Sequence record: PZ347775.1
DNA length: 64,000 bases
DNA from: a phage
Strand: one strand, 5' to 3'
The position numbers and the translations under genes were made by a program. Under the pieces are notes generated by a model that was given only the letters and a program-made list of their open reading frames with translations, did not search any database and was not told the DNA's origin. Positions within the stretch are counted from its first letter, which is position 1, and each line of letters starts with the position of its first letter. This document shows positions 23,659-34,121 of this stretch, in pieces.

Positions 23659-26600
23659 ATGGCTACTTTAAAACAAATACAATTTAAAAGAAGCAAAACC
23701 GCAGGTGCTCGTCCTGCTGCTTCAGTATTAGCCGAAGGTGAATTGGCTATAAACTTAAAAGATAGAACAATTTTTACTAAAGACGATTTAGGAAATATCA
23801 TTGATCTGGGTTTTGCTAAAGGCGGGCAAGTTGATGGAAATGTGACTATCAATGGTCTTTTGAAATTAAACGGCGATTATGTACAAACTGGTGGAATGAC
23901 CGTAAATGGACCTATTGGTTCTACTGAAGGCATAACTGCAAAAGTTTTCAGATCTACACAAGGTTCATTTTATACAAGAGCCTCAAATGATACTTCCAAT
24001 GCCCATCTTTGGTTTGAAAATGCCGATGGCATTGAACGAGGCGTTATATATGCTCGTCCTCAAACTACAACTGACGGTGAAATACGTCTTAGAGTTAGAC
24101 AAGGAACCGGAAGCACTATTAATAGCGAATTCTATTTCCGTTCTATAAACGGCGGTGAATTTCAAGCTAACCGTATTTTAGCATCAGATTCGTTAGTAAC
24201 TAAACGCATTGCGGTTGATACTGTTATTCACGATGCCAAAGCCTTTGGGCAATATGATTCTCAATCTTTGGTTAACTATGTTTATCCTGGAACCGGTGAA
24301 ACAAACGGTATAAACTATCTTCGTAAAGTTCGCGCTAAAGCTGCCGGAACCATGTGGCATGAAATCTGTACAGCTCAGACTGGCCAAGCAGATGAAATGT
24401 CTTGGTGGACGGGTAATACTCCATCATCTAAACAATATGGTATTCGTAACGACGGCCGAATGGCTGGGCGTAATAGCCTTGCATTAGGTACATTCACTGC
24501 AGATTTCCCGTCTAGTGATTATGGTAACGTCGGTGTAATGGGCGATAAGTATCTTGTTCTCGGTGACACTGTAACTGGCTTGTCATACAAAAAAACCGGT
24601 GTATTTGATCTAGTTGGCGGTGGATATTCTGTTGCTTCTATTACTCCTGACAGTTTCCGCAGTACACGTAAAGCATTATTTGGACGCTCAGAAGATCAAG
24701 GCACAACATGGATTATGCCTGGAACCAACGTTGCCTTTTTATCGGTTCAAACACAAGCTGATGGAAACACTGCTGGAGACGGCCAGACACATATTGGCTA
24801 TAACTCAGGCGGTAAAATGAACCACTATTTCCGTGGTAAAGGCAAAACTAATATTAATACTCAAGAAGGCATGGAAGTTAACCCGGGTATTCTTAAACTA
24901 GTAACCGGTGCTAACAGTATTAGCTTTAACGCTGCAACAGGTAATATTGATTCTACATTAGCTTTTCGTCTTAATAAAGGTATAATTATTGATGGACCTG
25001 ATAATCAGGGATTCCAATTTAATGCTCCGACGGCTGTAGATGGTACTAGAAGCATATACTGGAATAGTGGCACACGCTCAGGTCAAAACAAAAGCCCTGT
25101 TACAGTTAAAGTGTGGGGTAATTCATTTAACGCATCTGGTGATCGTAGTCGTGAAACCGTTTTTGAAGTAGCTGATGGGCAAGGTTATTATTTTTACGCT
25201 CAACGTACTAATCCTGCATCAGGTCAAACGGTAGGTCCGGTTAACTTTAAATTTAACGGAACTGTCGAAACAGGTCATATCATAGGCCTTGGAAATATAA
25301 GTGCCTCCGGTACAGGTTCTTTCGGTGGCAATGTTACTATGTCTAACGGTTTGTTTGTCCAAGGTGGTTCTTCTATTACCGGCCAAGTAAAAATTGGTGG
25401 AACTGCTAATGCATTAAGAATTTGGAATTCCGAATATGGCGCTATTTTCCGTCGTTCAGAAGCCAACTTCTATATTATTCCAACCAATCAAAATGAAGGC
25501 GAAAGCGGAGACATTCACAGCTCTTTGAGACCTGTGAGAATAGGATTAAACGATGGCATGGTTGGGTTAGGAAGAGATTCTTTTATAGTAGATCAAAATA
25601 ATGCTTTAACTACTATAAATAGTAACTCTCGCATTAATGCCAACTTTAGAATGCAATTAGGACAAAATGCTTATATAGATATTGAGGCTTCTGATGGAGT
25701 TCGCCCAACGGGTTGTGGTTCCTTTGCATCTCAGAACGATGTAAACGTAAGAGCTCCAATTTATATGAATATAGAGCGTACTGCTACTTCTGAATACATT
25801 CCTATTGTTAAACAACGGTATGTAAAGGGTGATAGTACTTATTCTATTGGTACCTTAATTGCCCAAGGAGACTTCCGTGTCCATTATCACCAAGGTACTA
25901 GTACTACCGGAACCGATATAAGTTGGGAATTCCGTCGTACCGGTGACTTCCGCACACCTGGTAAAATTATTGCCGGTGCTGCTACTCTTGGTACTGATGG
26001 TAATATTACTGGTGGTTCTGGTAATTTTGCTAACTTAAACAGTACGATTGAATCACTTAAAACTGATATTGTTTCAAGTTATCCTATTGGAGCTCCGATT
26101 CCTTGGCCTACTGATACACCTCCTGAAGGTTATGCCATAATGGAAGGTCAAACATTTGATGTTGGCTTGTATCCTAAGTTAGCTGCGGTGTATCCTTCCG
26201 GCTCTCTGCCTGATATGCGCGGGCAAACTATCAAGGGTAAACCAAGTGGTCGTGATGTTTTGAGCGCAGAAGAAGATGGTGTTAAGGCTCATAGCCATAG
26301 TGCATCGGCTTCAAGTACTGACTTAGGTACTAAAACCACATCAAGTTTTGATTACGGTAGCAAAACGACTTCAAGCTTTGATTATGGTACTAAGACCAGT
26401 AATAATACTGGTGCTCATACGCATAGTTTGAGCGGTTCCACAAACACCGCCGGTGCGCACAGCCACACAAGCGCTCTTTATGCGGGCGATAGAGACTCTC
26501 CTGGTGGTAGTTCTGCAAGAGGATCCGCCGGTGGTGGTAATACGCTTGGAACTTCTTCTTCTGGGGCACATTCGCACTCTATATCTGGTACTGCTGCAAG

Positions 26601-26781
26601 CGCAGGCGCTCACGCACATACTGTTGGTATTGGTGCTCATACCCATACAGTTGGTATTGGTGCTCACACCCATTCAGTAGCAATTGGTTCACATGGGCAT
26701 ACAATAACTGTAAATAGTACAGGTAATACAGAAAACACGGTTAAAAACATTGCTTTTAACTATATCGTTCGTTTAGCATAA
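23659..26781 (+). CDS. 37: long tail fiber distal subunit gp37 (receptor-binding tip at C-terminus)
   Basis: 1040 aa; C-terminal His-rich HxH repeats and ...[11 protein letters not shown] end typical of T4-type gp37. Confidence 0.9.
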   Translation: MATLKQIQFKRSKTAGARPAASVLAEGELAINLKDRTIFTKDDLGNIIDLGFAKGGQVDGNVTINGLLKLNGDYVQTGGMTVNGPIGSTEGITAKVFRSTQGSFYTRASNDTSNAHLWFENADGIERGVIYARPQTTTDGEIRLRVRQGTGSTINSEFYFRSINGGEFQANRILASDSLVTKRIAVDTVIHDAKAFGQYDSQSLVNYVYPGTGETNGINYLRKVRAKAAGTMWHEICTAQTGQADEMSWWTGNTPSSKQYGIRNDGRMAGRNSLALGTFTADFPSSDYGNVGVMGDKYLVLGDTVTGLSYKKTGVFDLVGGGYSVASITPDSFRSTRKALFGRSEDQGTTWIMPGTNVAFLSVQTQADGNTAGDGQTHIGYNSGGKMNHYFRGKGKTNINTQEGMEVNPGILKLVTGANSISFNAATGNIDSTLAFRLNKGIIIDGPDNQGFQFNAPTAVDGTRSIYWNSGTRSGQNKSPVTVKVWGNSFNASGDRSRETVFEVADGQGYYFYAQRTNPASGQTVGPVNFKFNGTVETGHIIGLGNISASGTGSFGGNVTMSNGLFVQGGSSITGQVKIGGTANALRIWNSEYGAIFRRSEANFYIIPTNQNEGESGDIHSSLRPVRIGLNDGMVGLGRDSFIVDQNNALTTINSNSRINANFRMQLGQNAYIDIEASDGVRPTGCGSFASQNDVNVRAPIYMNIERTATSEYIPIVKQRYVKGDSTYSIGTLIAQGDFRVHYHQGTSTTGTDISWEFRRTGDFRTPGKIIAGAATLGTDGNITGGSGNFANLNSTIESLKTDIVSSYPIGAPIPWPTDTPPEGYAIMEGQTFDVGLYPKLAAVYPSGSLPDMRGQTIKGKPSGRDVLSAEEDGVKAHSHSASASSTDLGTKTTSSFDYGSKTTSSFDYGTKTSNNTGAHTHSLSGSTNTAGAHSHTSALYAGDRDSPGGSSARGSAGGGNTLGTSSSGAHSHSISGTAASAGAHAHTVGIGAHTHTVGIGAHTHSVAIGSHGHTITVNSTGNTENTVKNIAFNYIVRLA
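26326..26403 (+). repeat. 30-nt in-frame tandem repeat (about 2.6 copies) in gp37 tip
   Basis: Period-30 repeat encoding [10 protein letters not shown] / [10 protein letters not shown] / GTKTSN. Confidence 0.7.
26620..26700 (+). repeat. 27-nt in-frame tandem repeat x3 (His-rich) in gp37 tip
   Basis: Encodes TVGIGAHTH / TVGIGAHTH / SVAIGSHGH. Confidence 0.7.
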
Positions 26782-26802
26782 GGAGAGGGGCTTCGGCCCC
26801 TT
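26781..26802 (+). promoter_or_regulatory. gene 38 split ribosome-binding site (SD + UUCG hairpin)
   Basis: AGGAG at 26781 then aggggc-UUCG-gcccct hairpin, AUG at 26809 (23-nt SD-AUG distance shortened by folding). Confidence 0.55.
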
Positions 26803-26808
26803 CTAAAT

Positions 26809-27360
26809 ATGAAAATATATCATTATTATTTTGACACTAAAGAATTTTACAAAGAAGAAAATTACAAACCGGTTAAAGGCCTCGGTCTTCCTGCTCATTC
26901 AACAATTAAAAAACCTTTAGAACCTAAAGAAGGATACGCAGTTGTATTTGATGAACGTATTCAGGATTGGATTTATGAAGAAGACCATCGCGGTAAACGG
27001 GCTTGGACTTTTAATAAAGAAGAAATCTTAATAACTGACATAGGAAGCCCGGTTGGTATAACTTTTGATGAACCCGGCGAATTTGATATATGGACTGATG
27101 ATGGTTGGAAAGAAGACGAAACATATAAACGCGTTTTAATTCGTAATAGAAAAATTGAAGAATTATATAAAGAATTCCAAGTATTGAATAATATGATCGA
27201 AGCTTCAGTTGCAAATAAAAAGGAAAAATTCTATTATCAAAACCTTAAACGGTTCTTTGCTCTTTTAGAAAAGCATGAGCATTTAGGTGGTGAATTTCCT
27301 AAATGGCCTGAAAAAGAATGGAAGCCTTGGTATAAGCGTTTATTCAGGAATTACGTATAA
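26809..27360 (+). CDS. 38: tail fiber assembly chaperone gp38
   Basis: 183 aa; immediately downstream of gp37. Confidence 0.8.
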   Translation: MKIYHYYFDTKEFYKEENYKPVKGLGLPAHSTIKKPLEPKEGYAVVFDERIQDWIYEEDHRGKRAWTFNKEEILITDIGSPVGITFDEPGEFDIWTDDGWKEDETYKRVLIRNRKIEELYKEFQVLNNMIEASVANKKEKFYYQNLKRFFALLEKHEHLGGEFPKWPEKEWKPWYKRLFRNYV

Positions 27361-27363
27361 ATA
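27356..27363 (+). promoter_or_regulatory. late promoter TATAAATA for holin t
   Basis: Exact TATAAATA overlapping gene 38 stop, 19 nt upstream of t ATG with AAGGAGG SD. Confidence 0.6.
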
Positions 27364-27381
27364 TCCTTAAAAGGAGGGTCT

Positions 27382-28038
27382 ATGGCAGCACCTAGAATAT
27401 CATTTTCGCCCTCTGATATTCTGTTGGGTGTTCTAGATCGCTTGTTCAAAGATAACGCTACCGGGAAAGTTCTTGCTTCCCGGGTAGCTGTCGTAATTCT
27501 TTTGTTTATAATGGCGATTGTTTGGTATAGGGGAGATAGTTTCTTTGAGTACTATAAGCAATCAAAGTATGAAACATACAGTGAAATTATTGAAAAGGAA
27601 AGAAATGCACGCTTTGAATCTGTCGCCCTGGAACAACTCCAGATAGTTCATATATCATCTGAGGCAGACTTTAGTGCGGTGTATTCTTTCCGCCCTAAAA
27701 ACTTAAACTATTTTGTTGATATTATAGCATATGAAGGAAAATTACCTTCAACAATAAGTGAAAAATCACTTGGAGGATATCCTGTTGATAAAACTATGGA
27801 TGAATACACAGTTCATTTAAATGGACGTCATTATTATTCCAACTCAAAATTTGCTTTTTTACCAACTAAAAAGCCTACTCCCGAAATAAATTACATGTAC
27901 AGTTGTCCATATTTTAATTTGGATAATATCTATGCTGGAACAATAACCATGTACTGGTATAGAAATGATCATATAAGTAATGACCGCCTTGAATCAATAT
28001 GTTCTCAGGCGGCCAGAATATTAGGAAGGGCTAAATAA
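27382..28038 (+). CDS. t: holin
   Basis: 218 aa; single N-terminal TM segment (VAVVILLFIMAIVWY) plus large periplasmic domain, T4 T-holin architecture. Confidence 0.85.
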   Translation: MAAPRISFSPSDILLGVLDRLFKDNATGKVLASRVAVVILLFIMAIVWYRGDSFFEYYKQSKYETYSEIIEKERNARFESVALEQLQIVHISSEADFSAVYSFRPKNLNYFVDIIAYEGKLPSTISEKSLGGYPVDKTMDEYTVHLNGRHYYSNSKFAFLPTKKPTPEINYMYSCPYFNLDNIYAGTITMYWYRNDHISNDRLESICSQAARILGRAK

Positions 28039-28311
28039 TTATTTGTTTGTATACATCTCTAGATATCGATATACACCCTCAAAACCCTCGTTGAATTCGT
28101 CGATGAGGGTTTTCTTATCTTCTTGAGTTAATTCAGAAACAATTTTACGGAATGAATTCTGATTTAACTTTCTACCTTCATGCGTTACTCCAATCTCATT
28201 CAGAAATGCAATAAAATTAGCACGATTCTCAACAATATCTTCTCTGGAAAATTTAATCAAAATAGACGCAACAGTAATAATTTCACGAACTGTATCAATG
28301 TTTTTATTCAT
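28039..28311 (-). CDS. asiA: anti-sigma70 factor AsiA
   Basis: 90 aa; position convergent with t and upstream of motA as in T4. Confidence 0.8.
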   Translation of the reverse strand: MNKNIDTVREIITVASILIKFSREDIVENRANFIAFLNEIGVTHEGRKLNQNSFRKIVSELTQEDKKTLIDEFNEGFEGVYRYLEMYTNK

Positions 28312-28472
28312 TAACTATACCACTCAATTAGTTGACTTTATTATAATATCATCAGACACTTGATTTGTAAACTGGTCTGTGTTATTTTCTTCAAAAATTT
28401 TTTCTACGAATTCTTTGAACGACTCACGTTCCTGAGCTACATTATGCTCGATTACCTTTTCAAGATTATGAC

Positions 28473-28751
28473 TCATTCGAAATAATCTTCAATTTCGTAA
28501 TCATGGACGTAAATCATTATAGTTTTTAATACATCATCAATACTTTTTCCTGGAGCTGGAATTACGTAAAAATATCCCGCCTTTGAGTTATCTTTATAAG
28601 TTCCAACCAAGAAATCATTATTCTCAAGATGTAGTTCTTCAACTAATTCATCGACAATTGAGTGGTATAAATTTGGTAGAAACTTATATAGCTTTTCTAG
28701 AATATCAATTTTGATTGTATATTGAACCACAGATTGAGAATCAATAATCAT
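28473..28751 (-). CDS. arn: probable Arn (anti-restriction, McrBC inhibitor)
   Basis: 92 aa acidic protein next to asiA as in T4; assignment by size and synteny. Confidence 0.55.
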   Translation of the reverse strand: MIIDSQSVVQYTIKIDILEKLYKFLPNLYHSIVDELVEELHLENNDFLVGTYKDNSKAGYFYVIPAPGKSIDDVLKTIMIYVHDYEIEDYFE

Positions 28752-28834
28752 AGACCTTCCCCTTATGTTTCTGTTTGCGATTAGATTCTTTAAACGCTTT
28801 CTTCTTATCCTTATGGACAGAAGCTCTATTAAAA

Positions 28835-29053
28835 TTATGTTTTGCGACTAAATTGTTCATAATGCTGAATTACCTCTCTTAAACATTTGCATGTGAATGA
28901 AAACTTTTTAGCTACACCACATTCAAATATATGTTCTCTTAAATCACGTGTGTCAGTATATCCCATCTCAACAATAAAATGCCGTATTAGATTTTTATCT
29001 TTATCATTGAGAGAATTAAAATAATCGGATTTTGAATTAATTTCCCTGGCCAA
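28835..29053 (-). CDS. hypothetical protein (72 aa)
   Basis: ORF track; apparent non-ATG start with AAGGTGA SD; Cys motif CGVAKKFSFTCKC. Confidence 0.4.
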   Translation of the reverse strand: MAREINSKSDYFNSLNDKDKNLIRHFIVEMGYTDTRDLREHIFECGVAKKFSFTCKCLREVIQHYEQFSRKT

Positions 29054-29333
29054 ATTGAATCACCTTCAGTTGACGTTTTAGTTCTTTTATCATTTCTTCG
29101 TTCATCGCAATATAAAGATCGCGTAAAGCGGGTTTTAGCATGTCATTTATTATAGAACTAAATGGACATACATAATCTTTTCCTACAAGCTTTTTAGTGA
29201 ATTCCATATCGCAGAACTTAAATCCCGGTTCATTGGCATAAATTCCCCATTTGGTTGACATCATTTTATTGGCATATTCCAATGCCTGGATTTGATTCAT
29301 AATTCCATCAATTTGAAACTTTTTAATATTCAT
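29037..29333 (-). CDS. hypothetical protein (98 aa)
   Basis: ORF track. Confidence 0.5.
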   Translation of the reverse strand: MNIKKFQIDGIMNQIQALEYANKMMSTKWGIYANEPGFKFCDMEFTKKLVGKDYVCPFSSIINDMLKPALRDLYIAMNEEMIKELKRQLKVIQFGQGN

Positions 29334-29794
29334 TAGTAAAGGTCCTCAGAGTAAAGTTCTTTTTCACTACCACCACGTTCAATACGTACTTGTCCAGCGT
29401 AAGTTGCAATAATCATTGCTTCTTCACGTGTCCAATAATTACTATATTGGTCAATAAATCCTTGGTCATCATCACAAACTTGCTGAGTAACTAATTGAGG
29501 TTTAACTACATCTAAAACTGCTGCCATATCTTTAGAATAATGACGAGCACCTGGAATAACAAGAGTTCGTCCATCTTTTAATTTAAAACGGTTGGCTGCA
29601 CAAACAATTCGTCGTTGATACTTTTGGTTTTCATCCCAGTATGCAGACTGCCAACAGATTTCAGGAACTTCTTTTAGAATATCTTCTTCTGCGCATTTAT
29701 AACCATGCGCTTTAAATTTTTCAGCAAGACTTTCTGGAGTTTCACGAGATAAAGGAACATTTAGCATTTTTAAACGATTAATAAATGGGTTCAT
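29333..29794 (-). CDS. hypothetical protein (153 aa)
   Basis: ORF track. Confidence 0.55.
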   Translation of the reverse strand: MNPFINRLKMLNVPLSRETPESLAEKFKAHGYKCAEEDILKEVPEICWQSAYWDENQKYQRRIVCAANRFKLKDGRTLVIPGARHYSKDMAAVLDVVKPQLVTQQVCDDDQGFIDQYSNYWTREEAMIIATYAGQVRIERGGSEKELYSEDLY

Positions 29795-30120
29795 TTAAAC
29801 CATCCTTTAATACGCTGCCATAAAGTTTTCTGCTGAGCTTTGTTAACACCAATTGAGCGAATAACTGGTTGAGATTCTTGGAATTCTTTATAATCAGCCA
29901 GGTAAATTTCGTAAGCTGAATCTGTGAAGGAACTTATCGCTGCCATGAAATTATTGCGAATACCTACTGGAGCATCTTTACTTTCACGAATAATCATGTA
30001 TTTGCCAGTCTTAATCTTTACGATAGTTCCAAGATAAGCCCCGTGGTACCAGATGTCCCAACCCTCTTGAGTGGGTTCTGCGCAACGACGAAGTTCATTG
30101 ATAATTTCTAACTTGTTCAT
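29791..30120 (-). CDS. hypothetical protein (109 aa)
   Basis: ORF track. Confidence 0.55.
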   Translation of the reverse strand: MNKLEIINELRRCAEPTQEGWDIWYHGAYLGTIVKIKTGKYMIIRESKDAPVGIRNNFMAAISSFTDSAYEIYLADYKEFQESQPVIRSIGVNKAQQKTLWQRIKGWFK

Positions 30121-30130
30121 TATTTATTCC

Positions 30131-30766
30131 TCACAGTTCAGATGCCACGATGATTACAGCTTCAATGTTTTCTGCCGAGCGTTTAATGTCAAGATACACA
30201 TTACCGTTTTTAGCGATTTTACATGACATTCCAATATCAGTAAATTTCTGAATATGATGTTCCATCATTTTGTATCCAAAAATTCGCATATTTCCATTGT
30301 TGTTAATTTCAAAATTACGAATTCCGTGAGTGCGTTTTTCTAAAATAGCGAGATAGTTACTACGATAAGTTTCAACCTTTTTAAGAACAAATCCATTTTC
30401 ATCTAAAAGTTTTAACATGAAGTCTTTATCTTCTTCCATATCAGAAGTAATCTCGCGAGCTTTACGAGTTGCTCGTTTTTTCAGTAGTTCCGGAGCATTT
30501 TCCTGTGCGTATAAAGTTGCTGCATTTGAAATAATATCCTGAGCTTCACCTGTAATGATTAATCCATCACCAGATTTCTCCACCAGGCCTTTTTTAATCA
30601 ATACCCCAATATTACTATTAACTACTGCATTACCTAAATCTGTATGCACCTCACGAACTTCTGCAGCTGTAATGAAATCTTTCTTAGCAATGGTAATTAA
30701 AATCGCAGCAGTTTTTTCATTCAGAACATCGTTAGAAGCTTTGATGATGTAAGTTACTTTAGACAT
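30131..30766 (-). CDS. motA: middle-transcription activator MotA
   Basis: 211 aa as T4 MotA; between asiA block and gene 52. Confidence 0.85.
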   Translation of the reverse strand: MSKVTYIIKASNDVLNEKTAAILITIAKKDFITAAEVREVHTDLGNAVVNSNIGVLIKKGLVEKSGDGLIITGEAQDIISNAATLYAQENAPELLKKRATRKAREITSDMEEDKDFMLKLLDENGFVLKKVETYRSNYLAILEKRTHGIRNFEINNNGNMRIFGYKMMEHHIQKFTDIGMSCKIAKNGNVYLDIKRSAENIEAVIIVASEL

Positions 30767-30854
30767 TTTCTAATCTCCGTAATTCTGTATCAGTAGTTGA
30801 TAGTTGTATAATACCACAGTATGCTTTGGGGGAGAGCCTCGGCTCTCCCTAAAA

Positions 30855-31004
30855 TTACTGCATGACTGTGATAACTGTCATGATAACACGTTGAATGCCG
30901 AACGCAAGAAGACCTCCTGCTACGGCTGGAACAACACCTAAACCCGCCAGTAAAATGCTACCAGATACTAATGCCGCGCTTGTAATACCTATAAATGGAC
31001 TCAT
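30855..31004 (-). CDS. small hydrophobic protein (49 aa)
   Basis: Hand-read ORF MSPFIGITSAALVSGSILLAGLGVVPAVAGG...; start overlaps gene 52 stop; below ORF-track size cutoff. Confidence 0.4.
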   Translation of the reverse strand: MSPFIGITSAALVSGSILLAGLGVVPAVAGGLLAFGIQRVIMTVITVMQ

Positions 31005-32329
31005 TTGATTTCCTCTAAATCTTTGGTGTATTCTGTAACTACATCAGTAGTTTTCCAATATTCGTTTTCTTCTTTCTTAGCTTTAGCTTCTTCAGCAAGT
31101 TTCTTTGCTTCATCAGAAGTCATATGAAAAATATTCATTCCGACTAGTTTATCAACATAAGAAGAATACATATCAATTTTAGAAAGTTCTTCGGTCAGTT
31201 CTTTGCGAGTTTTACCTTGCACAACAATTTCACCTGAAATTACTTTCTTAATGAAATGTGCCTTGGCAAAGGCTAAACGAAATGCTGATTCAGTTTCTTT
31301 GATTTTGTTATCAATTCGCTTTTGGACATAAGTTTTACGAACTTCAACAAAGTCTTTAATTAAATCAACTACGTTATCGTAAACTTGTAGCTTTCCTTTC
31401 TCATTAATAACAGTAATATTCTGGGAACGACGCTCAATCAACCCGAAGTCTTTCATGATTTTTGCATGGCGTTCTTCTTCGTTATCGCTCAAAGAATATT
31501 CTTTACGGAATTTAACTTTAAAGCCAAAGCCATGCTCACCACAAGCATCATCCCATGTAATGAAGCCTTTATCTTCAAGCGGGTCTAAGATTTTACTCAC
31601 ATAAGTTTCACGATCATACTTATACGGAATCTCAGTGATATTCATTTGAGTTCGTGAAGTAAACTTGTACGTTCCACGAATTTCATATTGACCGTCAATT
31701 TCAACGACTTCACCACGAAATTCTGGGAATTCTACCTTCGGTTTAGTTACTTTCTTTCCTTGAAGAGCTTGTAATACAGCTTTCTTAACAGAAGAAACGC
31801 TATGAGGAAGAATGTAAGTTGCATAACCAGTTGCAATACCGGAAACACCATTAAGAAGAACAGTAGGAATAATAGGCAAATAGAAAGCAGGAGGAATGTG
31901 TTCTTTATCTTGATGTACCGGAGCATATTCAGTATCTTTATATACACTATAGAAATTTTTACTTACACGAGCAAAAATATAACGACTTGCTGCTGCTTTT
32001 TGGACAGTACGAGAACCAAAGTTTCCTTGACCATCTAACAAAGGAAAGTTATTATTCCAAGTATTAGCCATCAAAGCCCCCGCGTCTTGCGCAGAGTTTT
32101 CACCATGATGATATCCAAGGTCAGCTACACCACCTGCAATAGAAGCGAGTTTGTGAAACTTATCTTTATTTCCTCGCGCCAAATCAAGAGCTCGAGCAAT
32201 AACAAATCGTTGGACTGGCTTAAATCCATCAATCATATTTGGAATAGCACGATTTTCAACCGTGTACATAGCATAAGCCAATGCTTCATTATCAATGATA
32301 CTTTTTAAATCGCGATTATTCAGTTGCAT
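31001..32329 (-). CDS. 52: DNA topoisomerase II medium subunit gp52 (GyrA-like cleavage domain)
   Basis: 442 aa; GyrA/ParC-like N-terminal cleavage core. Confidence 0.95.
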   Translation of the reverse strand: MQLNNRDLKSIIDNEALAYAMYTVENRAIPNMIDGFKPVQRFVIARALDLARGNKDKFHKLASIAGGVADLGYHHGENSAQDAGALMANTWNNNFPLLDGQGNFGSRTVQKAAASRYIFARVSKNFYSVYKDTEYAPVHQDKEHIPPAFYLPIIPTVLLNGVSGIATGYATYILPHSVSSVKKAVLQALQGKKVTKPKVEFPEFRGEVVEIDGQYEIRGTYKFTSRTQMNITEIPYKYDRETYVSKILDPLEDKGFITWDDACGEHGFGFKVKFRKEYSLSDNEEERHAKIMKDFGLIERRSQNITVINEKGKLQVYDNVVDLIKDFVEVRKTYVQKRIDNKIKETESAFRLAFAKAHFIKKVISGEIVVQGKTRKELTEELSKIDMYSSYVDKLVGMNIFHMTSDEAKKLAEEAKAKKEENEYWKTTDVVTEYTKDLEEIK

Positions 32330-32333
32330 AAAT

Positions 32334-32474
32334 TTACCATACTAGTGAATGTAGTGCCATAATAACATCAGAAATGAAAAGCACGACTTGAATTAATCCG
32401 AACATTACTCCATAATATAGTGCTACCAATAAAGCAGCAAGGGCTACTGAGTAGCCCAAGATTTTCTTAATCAT
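32334..32474 (-). CDS. small membrane protein (46 aa)
   Basis: Hand-read ORF MIKKILGYSVALAALLVALYYGV...; stop 5 nt from gene 52 start. Confidence 0.4.
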   Translation of the reverse strand: MIKKILGYSVALAALLVALYYGVMFGLIQVVLFISDVIMALHSLVW

Positions 32475-32625
32475 TAGTAGATAACAACACAAATGTTAAA
32501 TATGCACACATACCCTGAGCTAAAGCTTGCGAAAACACACTGCTGGCATCAATACAGATAGTTAAAACGCATGCTACTATCCAACAAATAAATGAAATAA
32601 CTCCTAATAATTTTGCAATATTCAT
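32467..32625 (-). CDS. ac: probable Ac (acridine sensitivity membrane protein)
   Basis: Hand-read 52-aa hydrophobic ORF MNIAKLLGVISFICWIVACVL...; between stp and 52 as in T4. Confidence 0.5.
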   Translation of the reverse strand: MNIAKLLGVISFICWIVACVLTICIDASSVFSQALAQGMCAYLTFVLLSTND

Positions 32626-32632
32626 ATTTTCC

Positions 32633-32713
32633 TCACTGGCGTCCGAAGACGCCTTTAGTTTTAAGATTGTTACGATAGAACTGCATCACGTGTTCGTTAT
32701 GGAAATTACTCAT
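32633..32713 (-). CDS. stp: Stp peptide (activator of host PrrC anticodon nuclease)
   Basis: Hand-read 26-aa [29 protein letters not shown]; start overlaps ndd stop; matches T4 Stp as I recall it. Confidence 0.7.
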
Positions 32714-33168
32714 TAATATGCCTGCAAAACAAATTTAAAGTTATCAGCCAACATACGGTTCATTTCTTCAAGTGTTTGATACTCAGAATGATGATTACGA
32801 GTAAACGCCAAAGCTAACTGACCCTTTCCAAATCCCGTCGTCAGAGGTTTCATCTTAGAAGCAGGCAAATAAAATACTGTATATGGAACATTGTTATTTG
32901 CAATAGTACGCGCAAGCTGAGATCGACGCTGGCGAATATGACTTAGAACTGCACTGAATCCTTGCTTAGAACGCTGATTACCTACATAAAATCGTGCAGA
33001 TACACACGGATTATCAAATGGACCGCCAAATTTGCTCACTAAAAAGTAAAATCCAGGTTTAGATAAAATATCTTTATGTGGAACTCCCAAAAACCATTCA
33101 CCGTTCTTGATTGTACCAATAACGGTAGCGCCTGCATTGTTCAGATCAGTAACAGTCATATATTTCAT
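32713..33168 (-). CDS. ndd: nucleoid disruption protein Ndd
   Basis: 151 aa from [11 protein letters not shown] (track ORF trimmed); AGAGGA SD. Confidence 0.8.
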
Positions 33169-33228
33169 ATTAATTTCCTCTAAATTATTTTCTACTCCAA
33201 GGCCGCATGAATACACACGGCCATTAAA

Positions 33229-33444
33229 TTAATCATCGCAGTCGACGCTTAATTCCCAGAACTCTTCTACAGTATAAGTTTCAGTATCATTTTCAATACA
33301 GAAACGTTCATTGCTGTTATTTGCTAAAGTAGCGTTAACTGTCATTTTCTCGCTAGTGCTTTTAAGAGGCGAAATACGAATTAACTGATCACCATTATCT
33401 AAGCAAAAAATTTCACCAACTTTTACATCTTTAAAGATTTTCAT
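33229..33444 (-). CDS. hypothetical protein (71 aa)
   Basis: ORF track. Confidence 0.5.
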   Translation of the reverse strand: MKIFKDVKVGEIFCLDNGDQLIRISPLKSTSEKMTVNATLANNSNERFCIENDTETYTVEEFWELSVDCDD

Positions 33445-33559
33445 AATTCACCTCAAGGAGTATAAAATCCAAATGCAGTTGTTGACCATCCCATCCAATA
33501 TGGGAAATTTGCACCAATGTAAAACATAAGAATATAAAACCAAATGCTTAGTAAATTCA

Positions 33560-33757
33560 TTATTTTACACCATTCCAAATTGTTTCAACCACAGATTTTA
33601 AGCCATTTTGGTGAATATCCATTCCGACAACTGCCATCAAATAGATTCCAACTACAACTGAACCTAAGGCAAAAATCAGCATGAAAATGAATAAAGCTGG
33701 AAAAATATTATCGAAAAACCATTCAATAAATGTAAAAGCACTGCGTTTACGCTTCAT
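33560..33757 (-). CDS. small membrane protein (about 65 aa)
   Basis: Track ORF trimmed to MKRKRSAF with GAGGA SD; two hydrophobic segments. Confidence 0.45.
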   Translation of the reverse strand: MKRKRSAFTFIEWFFDNIFPALFIFMLIFALGSVVVGIYLMAVVGMDIHQNGLKSVVETIWNGVK

Positions 33758-33764
33758 ATTTTCC

Positions 33765-33878
33765 TCACATAAATCCAAAGTAAGCGTTTAATACATCAAT
33801 CATTAAAACGATTGGGAATATACTCAAAACTACTAGTATTATAACTACATTCCATATAGCTTTAACAATATTTTTCAT
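33765..33878 (-). CDS. small membrane peptide (about 37 aa)
   Basis: MKNIVKAIWNVVIILVVLSIFPIVLMIDVLNAYFGFM; track ORF extends spuriously through promoter. Confidence 0.35.
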   Translation of the reverse strand: MKNIVKAIWNVVIILVVLSIFPIVLMIDVLNAYFGFM

Positions 33879-33906
33879 TTTCTGTTCCTCCGTAGTTGAT
33901 AAGATA

Positions 33907-33936
33907 ATAATACCACAGAGGAACAGTCTTGTAAAC
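33907..33936 (-). promoter_or_regulatory. sigma70 early promoter (GTTTAC -35, TATTAT -10)
   Basis: Reverse complement GTTTAC-18nt-TATTAT; conserved cassette-like downstream leader. Confidence 0.5.
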
Positions 33937-34121
33937 AACTTTTTTAAAAATATTCGTAATAAATGTGAATGCCAATCACTACTGCCGAAACTTGCGCAAC
34001 CCACCACGCACACGCAATAAGTACAGAATTCAAAATTTTCATAATAACCTCATCACAAAAGTAAATGTTAAACAAATTAATGGAATACTAATTAACCAAA
34101 TAAAACACCACCATAATGAAC

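Noticed and set aside
28338-28353. Plus-strand TTGACT...TATAAT resembling a consensus sigma70 promoter
   Set aside because: Only 4 nt separate the two hexamers, and the region lies within a minus-strand small ORF
30830-30850. GC-rich hairpin (ggagagcc...ggctctcc) upstream of motA as a terminator
   Set aside because: No U-rich tail on the transcribed (minus) strand; kept only as an unexplained stem-loop
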